64,000 nucleotides of DNA, taken from the NCBI GenBank assembly GCA_963674695.2, contig CAXXGI010000001.1:64001-128000 (forward strand). The letters are read 5' to 3'. Under the pieces are notes generated by a model. That model saw only the letters and a list, made by a program, of their open reading frames with translations. It made no database searches and was not told where the DNA came from. Position numbers and translations under genes: made by a program. Source of the DNA: a bacterium (GTDB taxonomy: Bacteria; UBA10199; 2-02-FULL-44-16; JAAZCA01). Shown piece by piece: positions 31,751-42,314 of the stretch (position 1 is the stretch's first letter; each line of letters opens with the position of its first letter).

Positions 31751-32601
31751 CGCTCACCGTCTCCGATCTGCGGGTTACCTACGGCCGGCATCCGGTGCTC
31801 GACGCCGTCTCGCTCGCCTGCGCAGCCGGCCAGGTGCTGGCGGTCATGGGGCCGAACGGATCGGGCAAGACGACCCTCATCAAGGCGATCGACCGACTCG
31901 TTCCCATCCGCTCCGGCAGCGTACAGGTGAACAACGTTTCGCTGGCTACGCTTTCGCGTCGAGCAATCGCGCAGCGCATCGCCTACATGCCGCAGCAGTC
32001 CGAGCCGGTGCCATCGACCGTCTTCGAAACGGTGCTAACCGGACGGCGCATGGCACACGGCGTGCGCCGGGACGATCTCGAACGCGTCGAGGAGATCCTC
32101 ACCCTCATGCGATTGGAGGATCTGGGTCTGCGCCGCACCACCCACTTGAGCGGCGGCGAGCTGCAGAAGGTGATGCTGGCGCGCGCCATCGCCCAGAAGC
32201 CGAAGGTGCTGCTCCTGGACGAACCGGCCAGCCATCTCGACCCCTTCAACCAGATCGAGGTATTGAGCCTGCTGCGAGCCGTGACCGAGGCATTCGGCAT
32301 CGCCTCGGTGCTGGTGACCCACGATCTCAACCACGCGCTGCGCTTTGCCGACGCCTTCGTCCTGCTGCGCGAGGGACAAGTGCTCGTCGCAGGCAGTCGC
32401 GAGGCGATCACGGCCGAGACGATCCGCGCCACATTCGGCATCGACCCGCTCATCGGCGAGGTGGGGGGCCACCCCGTGGTCGTCCCCCACATCGGTGGCG
32501 TGCGTCCCCACTTCCACCTGAACCGCCCCGGAGAGGGAGGAACTCGCCTCCACCGCCACGCCCACTCGGTGGACGACCACGTCTACGATCATGAGCATTG
32601 A
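31747..32601 (+). CDS. FecE/BtuD family ABC ATPase with His-rich C-terminal tail
   Basis: GPNGSGKTT, LSGGELQKV and LLDEPASHLD motifs. Confidence 0.9.
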   Translation: MTLTVSDLRVTYGRHPVLDAVSLACAAGQVLAVMGPNGSGKTTLIKAIDRLVPIRSGSVQVNNVSLATLSRRAIAQRIAYMPQQSEPVPSTVFETVLTGRRMAHGVRRDDLERVEEILTLMRLEDLGLRRTTHLSGGELQKVMLARAIAQKPKVLLLDEPASHLDPFNQIEVLSLLRAVTEAFGIASVLVTHDLNHALRFADAFVLLREGQVLVAGSREAITAETIRATFGIDPLIGEVGGHPVVVPHIGGVRPHFHLNRPGEGGTRLHRHAHSVDDHVYDHEH

Positions 32602-32646
32602 GAACCATTGCGTATTCCCGCATTTCATGGGAGTGTCCCGCCCCTT

Positions 32647-34470
<1,824 letters not shown>

Positions 34471-34611
34471 GAGAACGGCCATCCCCAACAACCGATACGG
34501 ACACACCGAACCCGCTGCACGGACACGGTTTCCACATCGGCACATAGCGGTGCCACTCAAAAAATACACCTCTTTTCAATCTGTTAGCATATCCTTGCCC
34601 AACACCCCATC

Positions 34612-34627
34612 TGGCATGCCTCTTGCT
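34612..34627 (+). promoter_or_regulatory. Putative sigma-54 (-24/-12) promoter
   Basis: TGGCATG-CCTC-TTGCT matches TGGCAC(G)-N4-TTGC(W) with correct spacing, about 47 bp upstream of ATG 34674. Confidence 0.6.
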
Positions 34628-34673
34628 TTATGAAGAAGGCACGTATCGCTCGCCCCTTCGGAAAGGATGACCC

Positions 34674-35783
34674 ATGGAAGACCGTATCGCCGTTCGTGAT
34701 GTCTGCACCGCCTTCACCGCCATCGGAAACGATCTCGAGGGGATGGACGAAATCGGTCGGATCTGCGCCTTCCTCGATCCGCCGGAAGGAGCGTTCACCG
34801 CCGAGGACGCCTATCGGGATGCCCCCGGCGATGGGCAGATGAGCGTCCCCCAATACGAAGAGATTCGCGGGGAGAAAAGCATCAGCCAGCACCGCTTTCT
34901 GCGCGAGGACGGCACCCTTTTGTCGGGCACCTACAGCGACCCCAAGCGCGCCGGTCGCGTCAAGCCGGAGGCGGCACGGGCCTTCATCGCCGCGGCATTC
35001 GGGACCGAAGAACTCAGCCGCTACGACCCCATGGAGGTGGAGACGACACAGACGCTTTCGCGACTGATCGCAGGCTGTCGTACGGACCGCAGCGAATGCG
35101 CCGCATCCGAAGCGCTCCAGGAGGCGCGCACCGCATGGATCACCCGACAGGAGGTTCGGGCGCTCGATGCGACCTATCGCACATTTGCCGAGCGCCTCTC
35201 CGACCGCAGCGCTATCCTCGAACAGACCGAGCGCTGGCGCGACCGTGTCACCTGGACGCAGCCGGAACCGCTCATCGAGAAGAAACAGCGACTCGAATGG
35301 ATGGTGGAGATCGCGCGCGAAGAGTGGATGATCGAGCAGACCAGCATCCTGAACGAGCGAACCGATTGGTTCCTCCAAAGTTTCATCGCGACGGAGAAGA
35401 GACGCCGATTCACCTCCGGGTTCTGGTTCGATCGAACGCGCTTCAGCGACGCCCTCACCAAGGGCCTCGCGGCGATGCCCGAGGGGCAGACCACGCAGGA
35501 GCGCTACTGCGTTGCGCTCAACAGCAAGAAGATGGCGAAGAAACTGTACACCATGATCAACAGCTATCCGCAAAGCGAGCGCTACATCAAACCACGAGAA
35601 CACGAGGTGCGCGACTGGCGGGGAGCCCTCCACATCGTGCGCTATGCAGGACACTACTCCCCACACGGACACGACTATACCCCCGAATACCTTGAACGCA
35701 GCGCGATGGTCTTTACCAACAAGACCTGCACCCTCGAATTTCCCATGGGATATTACCGACCGCTCGATTGGCCCGAGCGATAA
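34674..35783 (+). CDS. Hypothetical protein
   Basis: 369-aa ORF with AAGGA RBS and host-like codon usage; no recognised family. Confidence 0.7.
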   Translation: MEDRIAVRDVCTAFTAIGNDLEGMDEIGRICAFLDPPEGAFTAEDAYRDAPGDGQMSVPQYEEIRGEKSISQHRFLREDGTLLSGTYSDPKRAGRVKPEAARAFIAAAFGTEELSRYDPMEVETTQTLSRLIAGCRTDRSECAASEALQEARTAWITRQEVRALDATYRTFAERLSDRSAILEQTERWRDRVTWTQPEPLIEKKQRLEWMVEIAREEWMIEQTSILNERTDWFLQSFIATEKRRRFTSGFWFDRTRFSDALTKGLAAMPEGQTTQERYCVALNSKKMAKKLYTMINSYPQSERYIKPREHEVRDWRGALHIVRYAGHYSPHGHDYTPEYLERSAMVFTNKTCTLEFPMGYYRPLDWPER

Positions 35784-35890
35784 ACCGCCGACTCATCTCA
35801 AGCACTCCCCCATGATCATTGCCGAATGGGGGTTCATGTCCTATATTCAACCACGTGCACCGCAACGGCTTGAACCACGTAGGGAATCAT

Positions 35891-37201
35891 ATGAAGACGC
35901 TTCTCTTTCTCCTGATCATCGTTTCAACACTCGGATGCGGTGATCATCGATCGATGGCGACCGATGCCGCATCATTCAAAGAACGTGCGGTGAGCCGGAC
36001 GGATGGCGATCTGCAGGTGACGATGGCCGCGCTCGGCCCGGCGGAGGCGAAGGCAGTCTTCGGCGTCGACCTGGCCGACCATCATATTCAGCCGGTCTGG
36101 ATTGAAATCGACAACAACAACTCGACCCCCCATTGGTACCTTCCGATCCGCACCGATCCGAATTACTTTTCTCCGGCAGAGGCCGCCTATATGACCCGGC
36201 AGTGGTTTTCTCCGGAAAGGAACAAAGCACGCGACGCCCGGTTTGCGCAGATGACCCTTCCGCATTTCATCGGGCCCCACAGTCGCCAATCTGGATTTGT
36301 CTATACGGGGATGGATCCGGGGCTGAAATATATCGACGTGACGCTGCTCGGACTCGACGGGCTCAAACATTTTCGCTCGGTGGCAAACGTTCCGGGCATC
36401 AAGGCCGATTATCAGGATGTGCCCTTCGGCACCCTCTATGCACCGGAGCAGATCATCGATGGCGATGAAACGCGCCTCCGAAAAGAACTCGAAGGGCTGC
36501 CCTGCTGCACACAGAGCAGCGATGGCAAACGAAATGGAGACCCGCTCAACCTCGTCCTCATCGGCGAAATGAACGACATCCTCACCGCCCTGGTCGGAGG
36601 CGGATGGGCGGTGACCGAGGAGCTCTCTCTGCATTCGGCCTGGCAAACGGTCACATCATTTCTCCTGCGGAGGGAATATCGCCACTGCCCGGTCAGCTCG
36701 CTCTACCTCTTCGGGCGTCGCCAGGACGCCGCCTTCCAGAAACCGCGCAGAAACGTAAACGAGCGAAATCATCTGCGTATCTGGATGACCCCCCTTCGCC
36801 TGCACGGCACCCCGGTCTGGATCGGCCAGATCAGCCGCGACATCGGTGTGAAGTTCACGCTCAAGAGCCCGTTCCTGACAACGCACGTGGTCGACCCCGA
36901 CGTCGACAACGATCGCTACTACCTCATTCAGACCGCTGTCATGGCGGAAGCCATCTCCCAATTCGGATACGTAAAAGGCGTCGGCGCCGCAACACTCGAC
37001 GATGGCCGCACAACACTGGGGGATGATCCCTACTTCACCGATGGCCTCCGTGCGGTCTTGCGCTGCTCGGAATCACCGGTGCCACTGTCCGCTATTCAAT
37101 TTTATGACTGGGAGTTTCCACCGGAGATAGAACCCTACCGCGATATGCTCGAGGGCGTGATCCCGACGACGGGATCAAAACCAAAGCCCCTCGCTCAATA
37201 A
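35891..37201 (+). CDS. Lipoprotein with LssY C-terminal-like domain
   Basis: Lipobox TLGC; GDPLNLVL, PVSSLYLFGRRQD, RNHLRIW, WIGQISRDIG and YFTDG motifs. Confidence 0.75.
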   Translation: MKTLLFLLIIVSTLGCGDHRSMATDAASFKERAVSRTDGDLQVTMAALGPAEAKAVFGVDLADHHIQPVWIEIDNNNSTPHWYLPIRTDPNYFSPAEAAYMTRQWFSPERNKARDARFAQMTLPHFIGPHSRQSGFVYTGMDPGLKYIDVTLLGLDGLKHFRSVANVPGIKADYQDVPFGTLYAPEQIIDGDETRLRKELEGLPCCTQSSDGKRNGDPLNLVLIGEMNDILTALVGGGWAVTEELSLHSAWQTVTSFLLRREYRHCPVSSLYLFGRRQDAAFQKPRRNVNERNHLRIWMTPLRLHGTPVWIGQISRDIGVKFTLKSPFLTTHVVDPDVDNDRYYLIQTAVMAEAISQFGYVKGVGAATLDDGRTTLGDDPYFTDGLRAVLRCSESPVPLSAIQFYDWEFPPEIEPYRDMLEGVIPTTGSKPKPLAQ

Positions 37202-37214
37202 TCTGAGCCTTCGC

Positions 37215-37257
37215 CTCATAACCGGGTGGTCCCAGGTTCGAGTCCTGGAGGGCCCAC
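37215..37257 (+). pseudogene. 3' half of a CAU-anticodon tRNA (Ile2/Met type), left att site
   Basis: CTCATAA anticodon loop, ccagGTTCGAGTcctgg T-arm and gggcccac acceptor strand; no D-arm or 5' acceptor strand upstream. Confidence 0.85.
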
Positions 37258-37264
37258 AAAGATT

Positions 37265-37305
37265 ACGGGGAGTTAGCGAACAGCTAGCTCTCCGTTTTCT
37301 TTTTT
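37265..37305 (+). terminator. Rho-independent terminator after the tRNA fragment
   Basis: acggggagttagc-gaaca-gctagctctccgt followed by a T-rich run. Confidence 0.65.
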
Positions 37306-37326
37306 GGGTCCAATTTAGGTCCAATT
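37305..37326 (+). repeat. Tandem putative integrase arm-binding sites (left)
   Basis: TGGGTCCAATT TAGGTCCAATT; matching pair at 48350-48372. Confidence 0.7.
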
Positions 37327-37878
37327 TTATTTCCTCTTAATCTGCAAAAAATCATTTTTAGCATCTTCGTATCCTTGCTTATAGATGTCACATTCCTTCT
37401 TCTTCATTTTTGGTGGGCATCGAGGTGTAAGCATTTTCACCGCTGCCGCACCTTCTACGATATATTCGACAGGTCCCCGTGCCCAAGCTTGCCCGGGCAT
37501 CTTGCTCAATTCTTTCTTCGCCAATCGAACTTTGTCCCCAAGGTCTCCAACCTCGACATTTAACTCACTCAGCTTGTCAGTTACCTTCCCTACCTCTACA
37601 GACATTGAGGCTAATCGCTCTTCACTAGCTTCAATTTTTTCTCCAAGCATAGTGGCGGCAGCCGGTAGGGCTTTTGCCACGTCTTTTTGAGTTTCTCTTT
37701 CAAGCGTTGGCAAAATCCATACCAACAGGCCAATTGCCAACAATGCGACTACGACTTTATCGACAACTTCTTTATTATTTTTTTCTTTTTTGAACTTGAT
37801 TATGAGGAATACTGCTATGATTAACGTCGAGATACCCGCGATCCAGAACTGGATAGTTTTAAAACAAATAAGCTCCAT
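37327..37878 (-). CDS. Hypothetical two-TM plus coiled-coil protein
   Basis: ATG overlaps the integrase stop (TGATG); two hydrophobic helices, then a heptad-like region; low GC. Confidence 0.7.
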   Translation of the reverse strand: MELICFKTIQFWIAGISTLIIAVFLIIKFKKEKNNKEVVDKVVVALLAIGLLVWILPTLERETQKDVAKALPAAATMLGEKIEASEERLASMSVEVGKVTDKLSELNVEVGDLGDKVRLAKKELSKMPGQAWARGPVEYIVEGAAAVKMLTPRCPPKMKKKECDIYKQGYEDAKNDFLQIKRK

Positions 37879-38975
37879 CACATTGCCTCCTTTCTGAAGG
37901 CCGCCTGAATTAGATTTCCCTCTGCAGTAAAGCACACCGTATCTGCCTTATCCACGAGGAAGGTCTTGGAGAGATGGGCGTAGCGCATCGTGGTCTTGAT
38001 GTCGCTGTGACCCAGTATCTCCTTGAGGTGGAAGATGTCGCCGCCGTTCATCATGAAGTGGCTAGCGTATGTGTGGCGCAGATCGTGGAACCTGATCCTG
38101 CGGACCCCCGCCTCCCTTGAGTCCCGGTGGAAGTAGTGCGTGACGTTGCTGCGGTCCTTCGGGTTGCCCGTGATCGTCGAGAACACCAGCTCCCCATCCC
38201 GCCTCGCCTTCATATTCACGAGGTCGTCGTAGATCGCCGAGTTGATCGGCACGTGGCGTAGCTTGCGGCCCTTCGTGGTCTCCTTTATACGCCGCTGATA
38301 GCTGTCGTAGGTCCTGCGGACGGCTATGAGCCGGTTCCCGAGGTCCACGTCGCCCCATCCCAACCCCAAAACCTCCCCCAGCCGCATCCCGGTGTTCATG
38401 GCGAACTTGAACAGTAAGCCCAGATCGCTCTCCCTCCCCTCATATTTCCGGCTGACATACTCCAGGAACTGGCTTGCCTCGTGCCGCTCCCAATAGTCGA
38501 AGGGGGGCTGCTGGGTCTTGAGGAGGCCCACGACTCGTACGGGGTTATAGATCGCCCGCCGCCTCTTCATGGCGTAGTAGAAAATGGCCCTTAAAAGCTC
38601 CAACCGCCTGTTGACGCTGCTCGGAGAAGCCCCCTTGCCCAGGAGAGTGCCAATGATGGCTTCGACGTGTTCTGGGGCAATATCCCTGATCGGCAAGGCC
38701 CCCATCTGTGGCAACAGATCATCCTTGAGCATCTGCCTGTCGGTCCTGACGCTGCTCGGGGCCTTCCTGACCTCGGCATGGTTCTTAATCCACTCCTCGG
38801 CTGCCTGTGAGAACGTGTAGCCCAAGTCCAGCTCGCTGCCCGAAAGCTTTACCTCCCTGTGAAACTCCTTCGCATCTTCGCTTCTGTTGAAGTTCTTGGA
38901 GTAAAGCTTACCGTTCCTCCAAACCTTTACCCTATACACAAAACCCTTCTTGCGCTTAATCCTGGCTATCGACAT
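37878..38975 (-). CDS. Tyrosine recombinase / phage integrase
   Basis: TGMRLGEVLGL (R), TKG (K), FHDLRHTYAS (HxxR), LGHS...TMRYAH (H, Y); N-terminal arm-binding-like beta region. Confidence 0.96.
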   Translation of the reverse strand: MSIARIKRKKGFVYRVKVWRNGKLYSKNFNRSEDAKEFHREVKLSGSELDLGYTFSQAAEEWIKNHAEVRKAPSSVRTDRQMLKDDLLPQMGALPIRDIAPEHVEAIIGTLLGKGASPSSVNRRLELLRAIFYYAMKRRRAIYNPVRVVGLLKTQQPPFDYWERHEASQFLEYVSRKYEGRESDLGLLFKFAMNTGMRLGEVLGLGWGDVDLGNRLIAVRRTYDSYQRRIKETTKGRKLRHVPINSAIYDDLVNMKARRDGELVFSTITGNPKDRSNVTHYFHRDSREAGVRRIRFHDLRHTYASHFMMNGGDIFHLKEILGHSDIKTTMRYAHLSKTFLVDKADTVCFTAEGNLIQAAFRKEAM

Positions 38976-39205
38976 CGAACGCTCCTCTGTTTGAGCCAGA
39001 TTTCGATGTCGGAGGATTTGAAACGGATATGACGGCCCACCTTGACGAAGGGAATCGTGCGCTTGTGGCACCAGTCCCGGATCGTAGCGATAGGCACGTC
39101 CAGATATTCGGCCAGTCGATTTATTGACCATAGCTGATTGTCAATGAGCGGAGCGGATGACAACGGTTCTGTGGTTACCTCTTGGCTATCATCATGGCAA
39201 GCCAT
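38966..39205 (-). CDS. Excisionase-like HTH protein (HTH_17)
   Basis: LAEYLDVPIATIRDW...IPFVKVGRHIRF pattern; GGAGGAG RBS; overlaps the integrase start. Confidence 0.85.
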   Translation of the reverse strand: MACHDDSQEVTTEPLSSAPLIDNQLWSINRLAEYLDVPIATIRDWCHKRTIPFVKVGRHIRFKSSDIEIWLKQRSVRCR

Positions 39206-39346
39206 CTCTCCTCCTCCTGTTATTTCGCCACCCTTTGGCCCCAGCCCCGGTGTTTTTTCACCGAGGCCGGGGTGTTGGTAGATTCTTCGGTTGATCCAAC
39301 GGCCAAAGGTCCTGCACTTGATTTCCCGCAAACCCTTTTTTTACCG

Positions 39347-39904
39347 TCATTTCCCATACCCTTTGTTGGTAGTAGCTAAATACTCTTCGCTGGTTACTGA
39401 TCCCTGATTGCTTTCTACTGAAAGCTGATCGCTTGTTACTGAACGCTGAACACTCCCTCCAACGACTACTTCCAGAAGCTCATCGACAATCGAATAGTGA
39501 AAGATTTCCGGCTTGGGTTTTCCTTTGAGAGGCCCACTTTCATATTTTGGAACCACCGTCCTCACTTGAGCTCGGAATACTTTATTCTTAAACACTCCTG
39601 GACTCATTCTTGTGATGGAGCGCGGTCTTGCGCCATTCGCAATCGACCAATTTTGGTAATATTTTGAGCGGGGAGGCCATCGATCATAGCTCTTGAACGC
39701 CTGGAATAGTGGCGTACCCATGTAAGGCCCGATAGAGACGACCTTGTAGCGCAAGAAAATACGTCCCTCGTTTGGAGCAAAAACACGGTCTTTTCTGTCG
39801 TAGCCCACATAATTAACTTCATAGACCTCCTCTGGTATCAGGGGATAGGCATCGCGCGCAGGGCGGCCGAGATCATCCATGATGTCATCTTCATCGAACT
39901 TCAT
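39347..39904 (-). CDS. Hypothetical mobile-element protein
   Basis: ORF coupled by ATGA overlap to the upstream HTH gene; beta-rich N-terminus (PLIPEEVYEVNYVGY). Confidence 0.65.
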   Translation of the reverse strand: MKFDEDDIMDDLGRPARDAYPLIPEEVYEVNYVGYDRKDRVFAPNEGRIFLRYKVVSIGPYMGTPLFQAFKSYDRWPPRSKYYQNWSIANGARPRSITRMSPGVFKNKVFRAQVRTVVPKYESGPLKGKPKPEIFHYSIVDELLEVVVGGSVQRSVTSDQLSVESNQGSVTSEEYLATTNKGYGK

Positions 39905-40134
39905 TCGAGCACGCCCTCTTCATATCCAGAGGAGTTCTCTGGTTCAAATATCGTGCAAACCGGCACGCCCAGGCGCTCGGCAATTTTTGCTGCAAGTTGA
40001 TCGTCCGGCTCGGCATGACCGTTCTCGAAAAAGCTGATCCTGTCGCGGGAGATGCCCAGATCGCGCGCGAGGCGAACGGCGGGGATTTGTGCCAAAGCAA
40101 GGGCAACTCGAAATTTATGGCGAATGAGCTTCAT
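39901..40134 (-). CDS. XRE-family HTH regulator
   Basis: LARDLGISRDRISFFENGHAEP...KIAERLGV motif; GAGGAGG RBS. Confidence 0.85.
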   Translation of the reverse strand: MKLIRHKFRVALALAQIPAVRLARDLGISRDRISFFENGHAEPDDQLAAKIAERLGVPVCTIFEPENSSGYEEGVLE

Positions 40135-40251
40135 CGGATATCCTCCTCAACGATTCGTTGTGAGAAGGATATTGATCGAAGTGGAGATAGACCTCACGCC
40201 AAACAATGAATTATTATTTGGTCAGACGATACTTATGTTTTGATGGGTTAA

Positions 40252-40839
40252 TTAAGAGAAGATAAAGTGTTTGTATTTCTTAACGAAGCGACGCAATTTT
40301 GCCTTTTCGTCGAAAAGTAGCTCATATTCAGGGGAATCGGGCAGGCGTTTCCTGGCCTCTCGTGCGGCATCGATGAGCTGCTCAACGGTTATACCCTCAT
40401 TCGCTCGTGCGTATTCCTGAAATGTTAGCAGCAGAGGCCAATACCGTTTCAGCTTCGGCAGACGCGCAATTTTCGCGATTGCGCGCCCGATGTCCTTGAG
40501 AAACTTATGATCCTCGACCTCCTTCTTTCTTGCCTTGTTCTTATGTTTTGGGAACTCGATCAGTTGCCTTTCAGCTGCCATTATTTCTCCAATGGCATAA
40601 TCCTCAAGCAGAAAGGACTTATCCCATTCGACCAACTGAATTATCGCGCTTCGGTCACCGCGTTTGGCTCTGTCAATCGTCTCATTTTGATTCTCGCCAT
40701 AATTAGCGGAATAATATTCCAATGTGGATTTACGAAGCAGCTCACGCGCCGCCTTCTGTCTAGAAAAACGATCCATGCGTATTATCGGTTTCGCACTCGA
40801 TCGTTTTCGTTTCTTTTGTTTCGACTTGGCCATTTTCAT
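40252..40839 (-). CDS. Hypothetical basic protein
   Basis: 195-aa Lys/Arg-rich ORF co-oriented with the island genes. Confidence 0.6.
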   Translation of the reverse strand: MKMAKSKQKKRKRSSAKPIIRMDRFSRQKAARELLRKSTLEYYSANYGENQNETIDRAKRGDRSAIIQLVEWDKSFLLEDYAIGEIMAAERQLIEFPKHKNKARKKEVEDHKFLKDIGRAIAKIARLPKLKRYWPLLLTFQEYARANEGITVEQLIDAAREARKRLPDSPEYELLFDEKAKLRRFVKKYKHFIFS

Positions 40840-40900
40840 GTTCGCCTGTGAGGTTGATTGGGCATATTAAAACAAAGGGGGGAGCCCCCCTGGGGGTGCC

Positions 40901-41146
40901 TTATGCAACCCCGCTCCTCTTCCGTCCTCGCCCGCTGTTATTCTTATGTTTCAGGATGTCGCCTGGTCCGCACTTGAAGAAACAGCAAAGTTTGTCGAGC
41001 GTCGAGGCACAGATGTCATAATCATCCGGCCCCCTTGCGTGGGCGAGCTTGGATATCGTAGCATAGGCCAGGCCGATCTCCCCGGCGAGGGTTCGATAAC
41101 TCTTGTCAGATTTCTTTATGAGGTCACCAACGCGATATTCGATCAT
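40901..41146 (-). CDS. Cro/C1-type HTH regulator (HTH_26-like)
   Basis: LAGEIGLAYATISKLA...TLDKLCCFFKCGPGDIL motif; GGAGGGAG RBS. Confidence 0.85.
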   Translation of the reverse strand: MIEYRVGDLIKKSDKSYRTLAGEIGLAYATISKLAHARGPDDYDICASTLDKLCCFFKCGPGDILKHKNNSGRGRKRSGVA

Positions 41147-41157
41147 TCTCCCTCCAT

Positions 41158-41215
41158 GATATGCTAAACTATATCAATCTACTTGACCCTGGCAGGTGAT
41201 ATGCTATGCTATATC
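41158..41215. promoter_or_regulatory. Divergent promoter with two 18-bp quasi-palindromic direct repeats
   Basis: GATATGCTA(aa/tg)CTATATC at 41158 and 41198; TTGACC (41183) and TATGCT (41205) promoter-like hexamers. Confidence 0.6.
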
Positions 41216-41237
41216 GCAGGGCATTGGAGGTCAAGGC

Positions 41238-41816
41238 ATGAAACACACAAGGATCGCCATATATGCCAGGGTTTCGACTGACGACCAGCGCGCCGATCTG
41301 CAACTCGATGCCTTGCGGCAATACGCGGAAGAACGAGGGCTAACGGTCCATCGAGAATACGTTGACCGGATTTCAGGGGCCAAGACCACCCGCCCAGCCC
41401 TCGATGAAATGCTGGACGATGCCCGCCGGGGCCGGTTTAACGCTGTGGCGGTCTGGAAGATCGACCGGCTGGGGCGATCCGTAGCCCACCTACTGACCGT
41501 ACTGACCGAGCTTCAATCCCTGGATATTGCCTTCGTATCGCTCCAGGAGGCCATCGACACGGCCACACCGGCCGGTCGCATGGTTTTTACGTTCCTGGGG
41601 GCCGTGGCGGAGTTTGAGAGGGCAATTATAGCGGAGAGGGTCCGGGCTGGGATGAAGGCCGCCAAGAAGCGCGGCAAGCATTGCGGAAGGCCGCGGGTAA
41701 AGGTGGACGCCAAGCTGGTCTGTGATCTCCGCACACAGGGCAAGAGCATGGCCGACATTGCCGCTATCGTCGGCGTATCGGAACCCACCGTATCCCGCCT
41801 CTTGCGGCACTCGTAG
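41238..41816 (+). CDS. Small serine recombinase (resolvase/invertase) with C-terminal HTH
   Basis: IYARVSTDDQ catalytic Ser motif, KIDRLGRS, IDTATPAGR, AEFER and GRP followed by an HTH. Confidence 0.95.
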   Translation: MKHTRIAIYARVSTDDQRADLQLDALRQYAEERGLTVHREYVDRISGAKTTRPALDEMLDDARRGRFNAVAVWKIDRLGRSVAHLLTVLTELQSLDIAFVSLQEAIDTATPAGRMVFTFLGAVAEFERAIIAERVRAGMKAAKKRGKHCGRPRVKVDAKLVCDLRTQGKSMADIAAIVGVSEPTVSRLLRHS

Positions 41817-41919
41817 TCCTTTCAAAAGGGTCTAAATATGGGCAGGGCTAACGTCCCGAAATAGCAAGGGGCAAAGACGGGCAATTCGGTCTTTCAAAAG
41901 GTAATGGTTTTGAAAGAAT

Positions 41920-42309
41920 CTATTTTGTAATCAAAACTGGTATAGGCGTTTGAGGTGAAATGCTTGTTATTCCTTTCTCACCGTCCTTTGCCCATCTTAC
42001 CGCGATCCCCTTTGCAAGACGAACATAGGTGGCAGCAGATATTTCGAAGTTGAGGATCGCGTCGCCACCAGCTTTCGCAGTAATCTTTTGGAGTTTTTTA
42101 CGGGCGCTATTAATTCCAGATGTTTCCGCCGATACGGCTCCGAGTATGATGTATGGGTGAGGTGCCATATCCGACGAGTATATTTCAACGTGAGCGTATG
42201 AACTTTGTAATTTTCCTGCCCCTCCTGGTTTTGGTTTTTGGTATGCAGTCGCCGCACATGGCATGAATATAAACGCAATGGCAAATATAACGATTTTTTT
42301 CATATACAC
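41920..42309 (-). CDS. Hypothetical secreted protein (YbjQ-like fold possible)
   Basis: Signal peptide; PYIILGAVSA...AGGDAIL...AKGIAVRW pattern. Confidence 0.55.
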   Translation of the reverse strand: MYMKKIVIFAIAFIFMPCAATAYQKPKPGGAGKLQSSYAHVEIYSSDMAPHPYIILGAVSAETSGINSARKKLQKITAKAGGDAILNFEISAATYVRLAKGIAVRWAKDGEKGITSISPQTPIPVLITK

Positions 42310-42314
42310 TCCCG

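Noticed and set aside
37215-37257. Functional tRNA gene
   Set aside because: No 5' acceptor strand or D-arm; reported as a fragment and att site instead.
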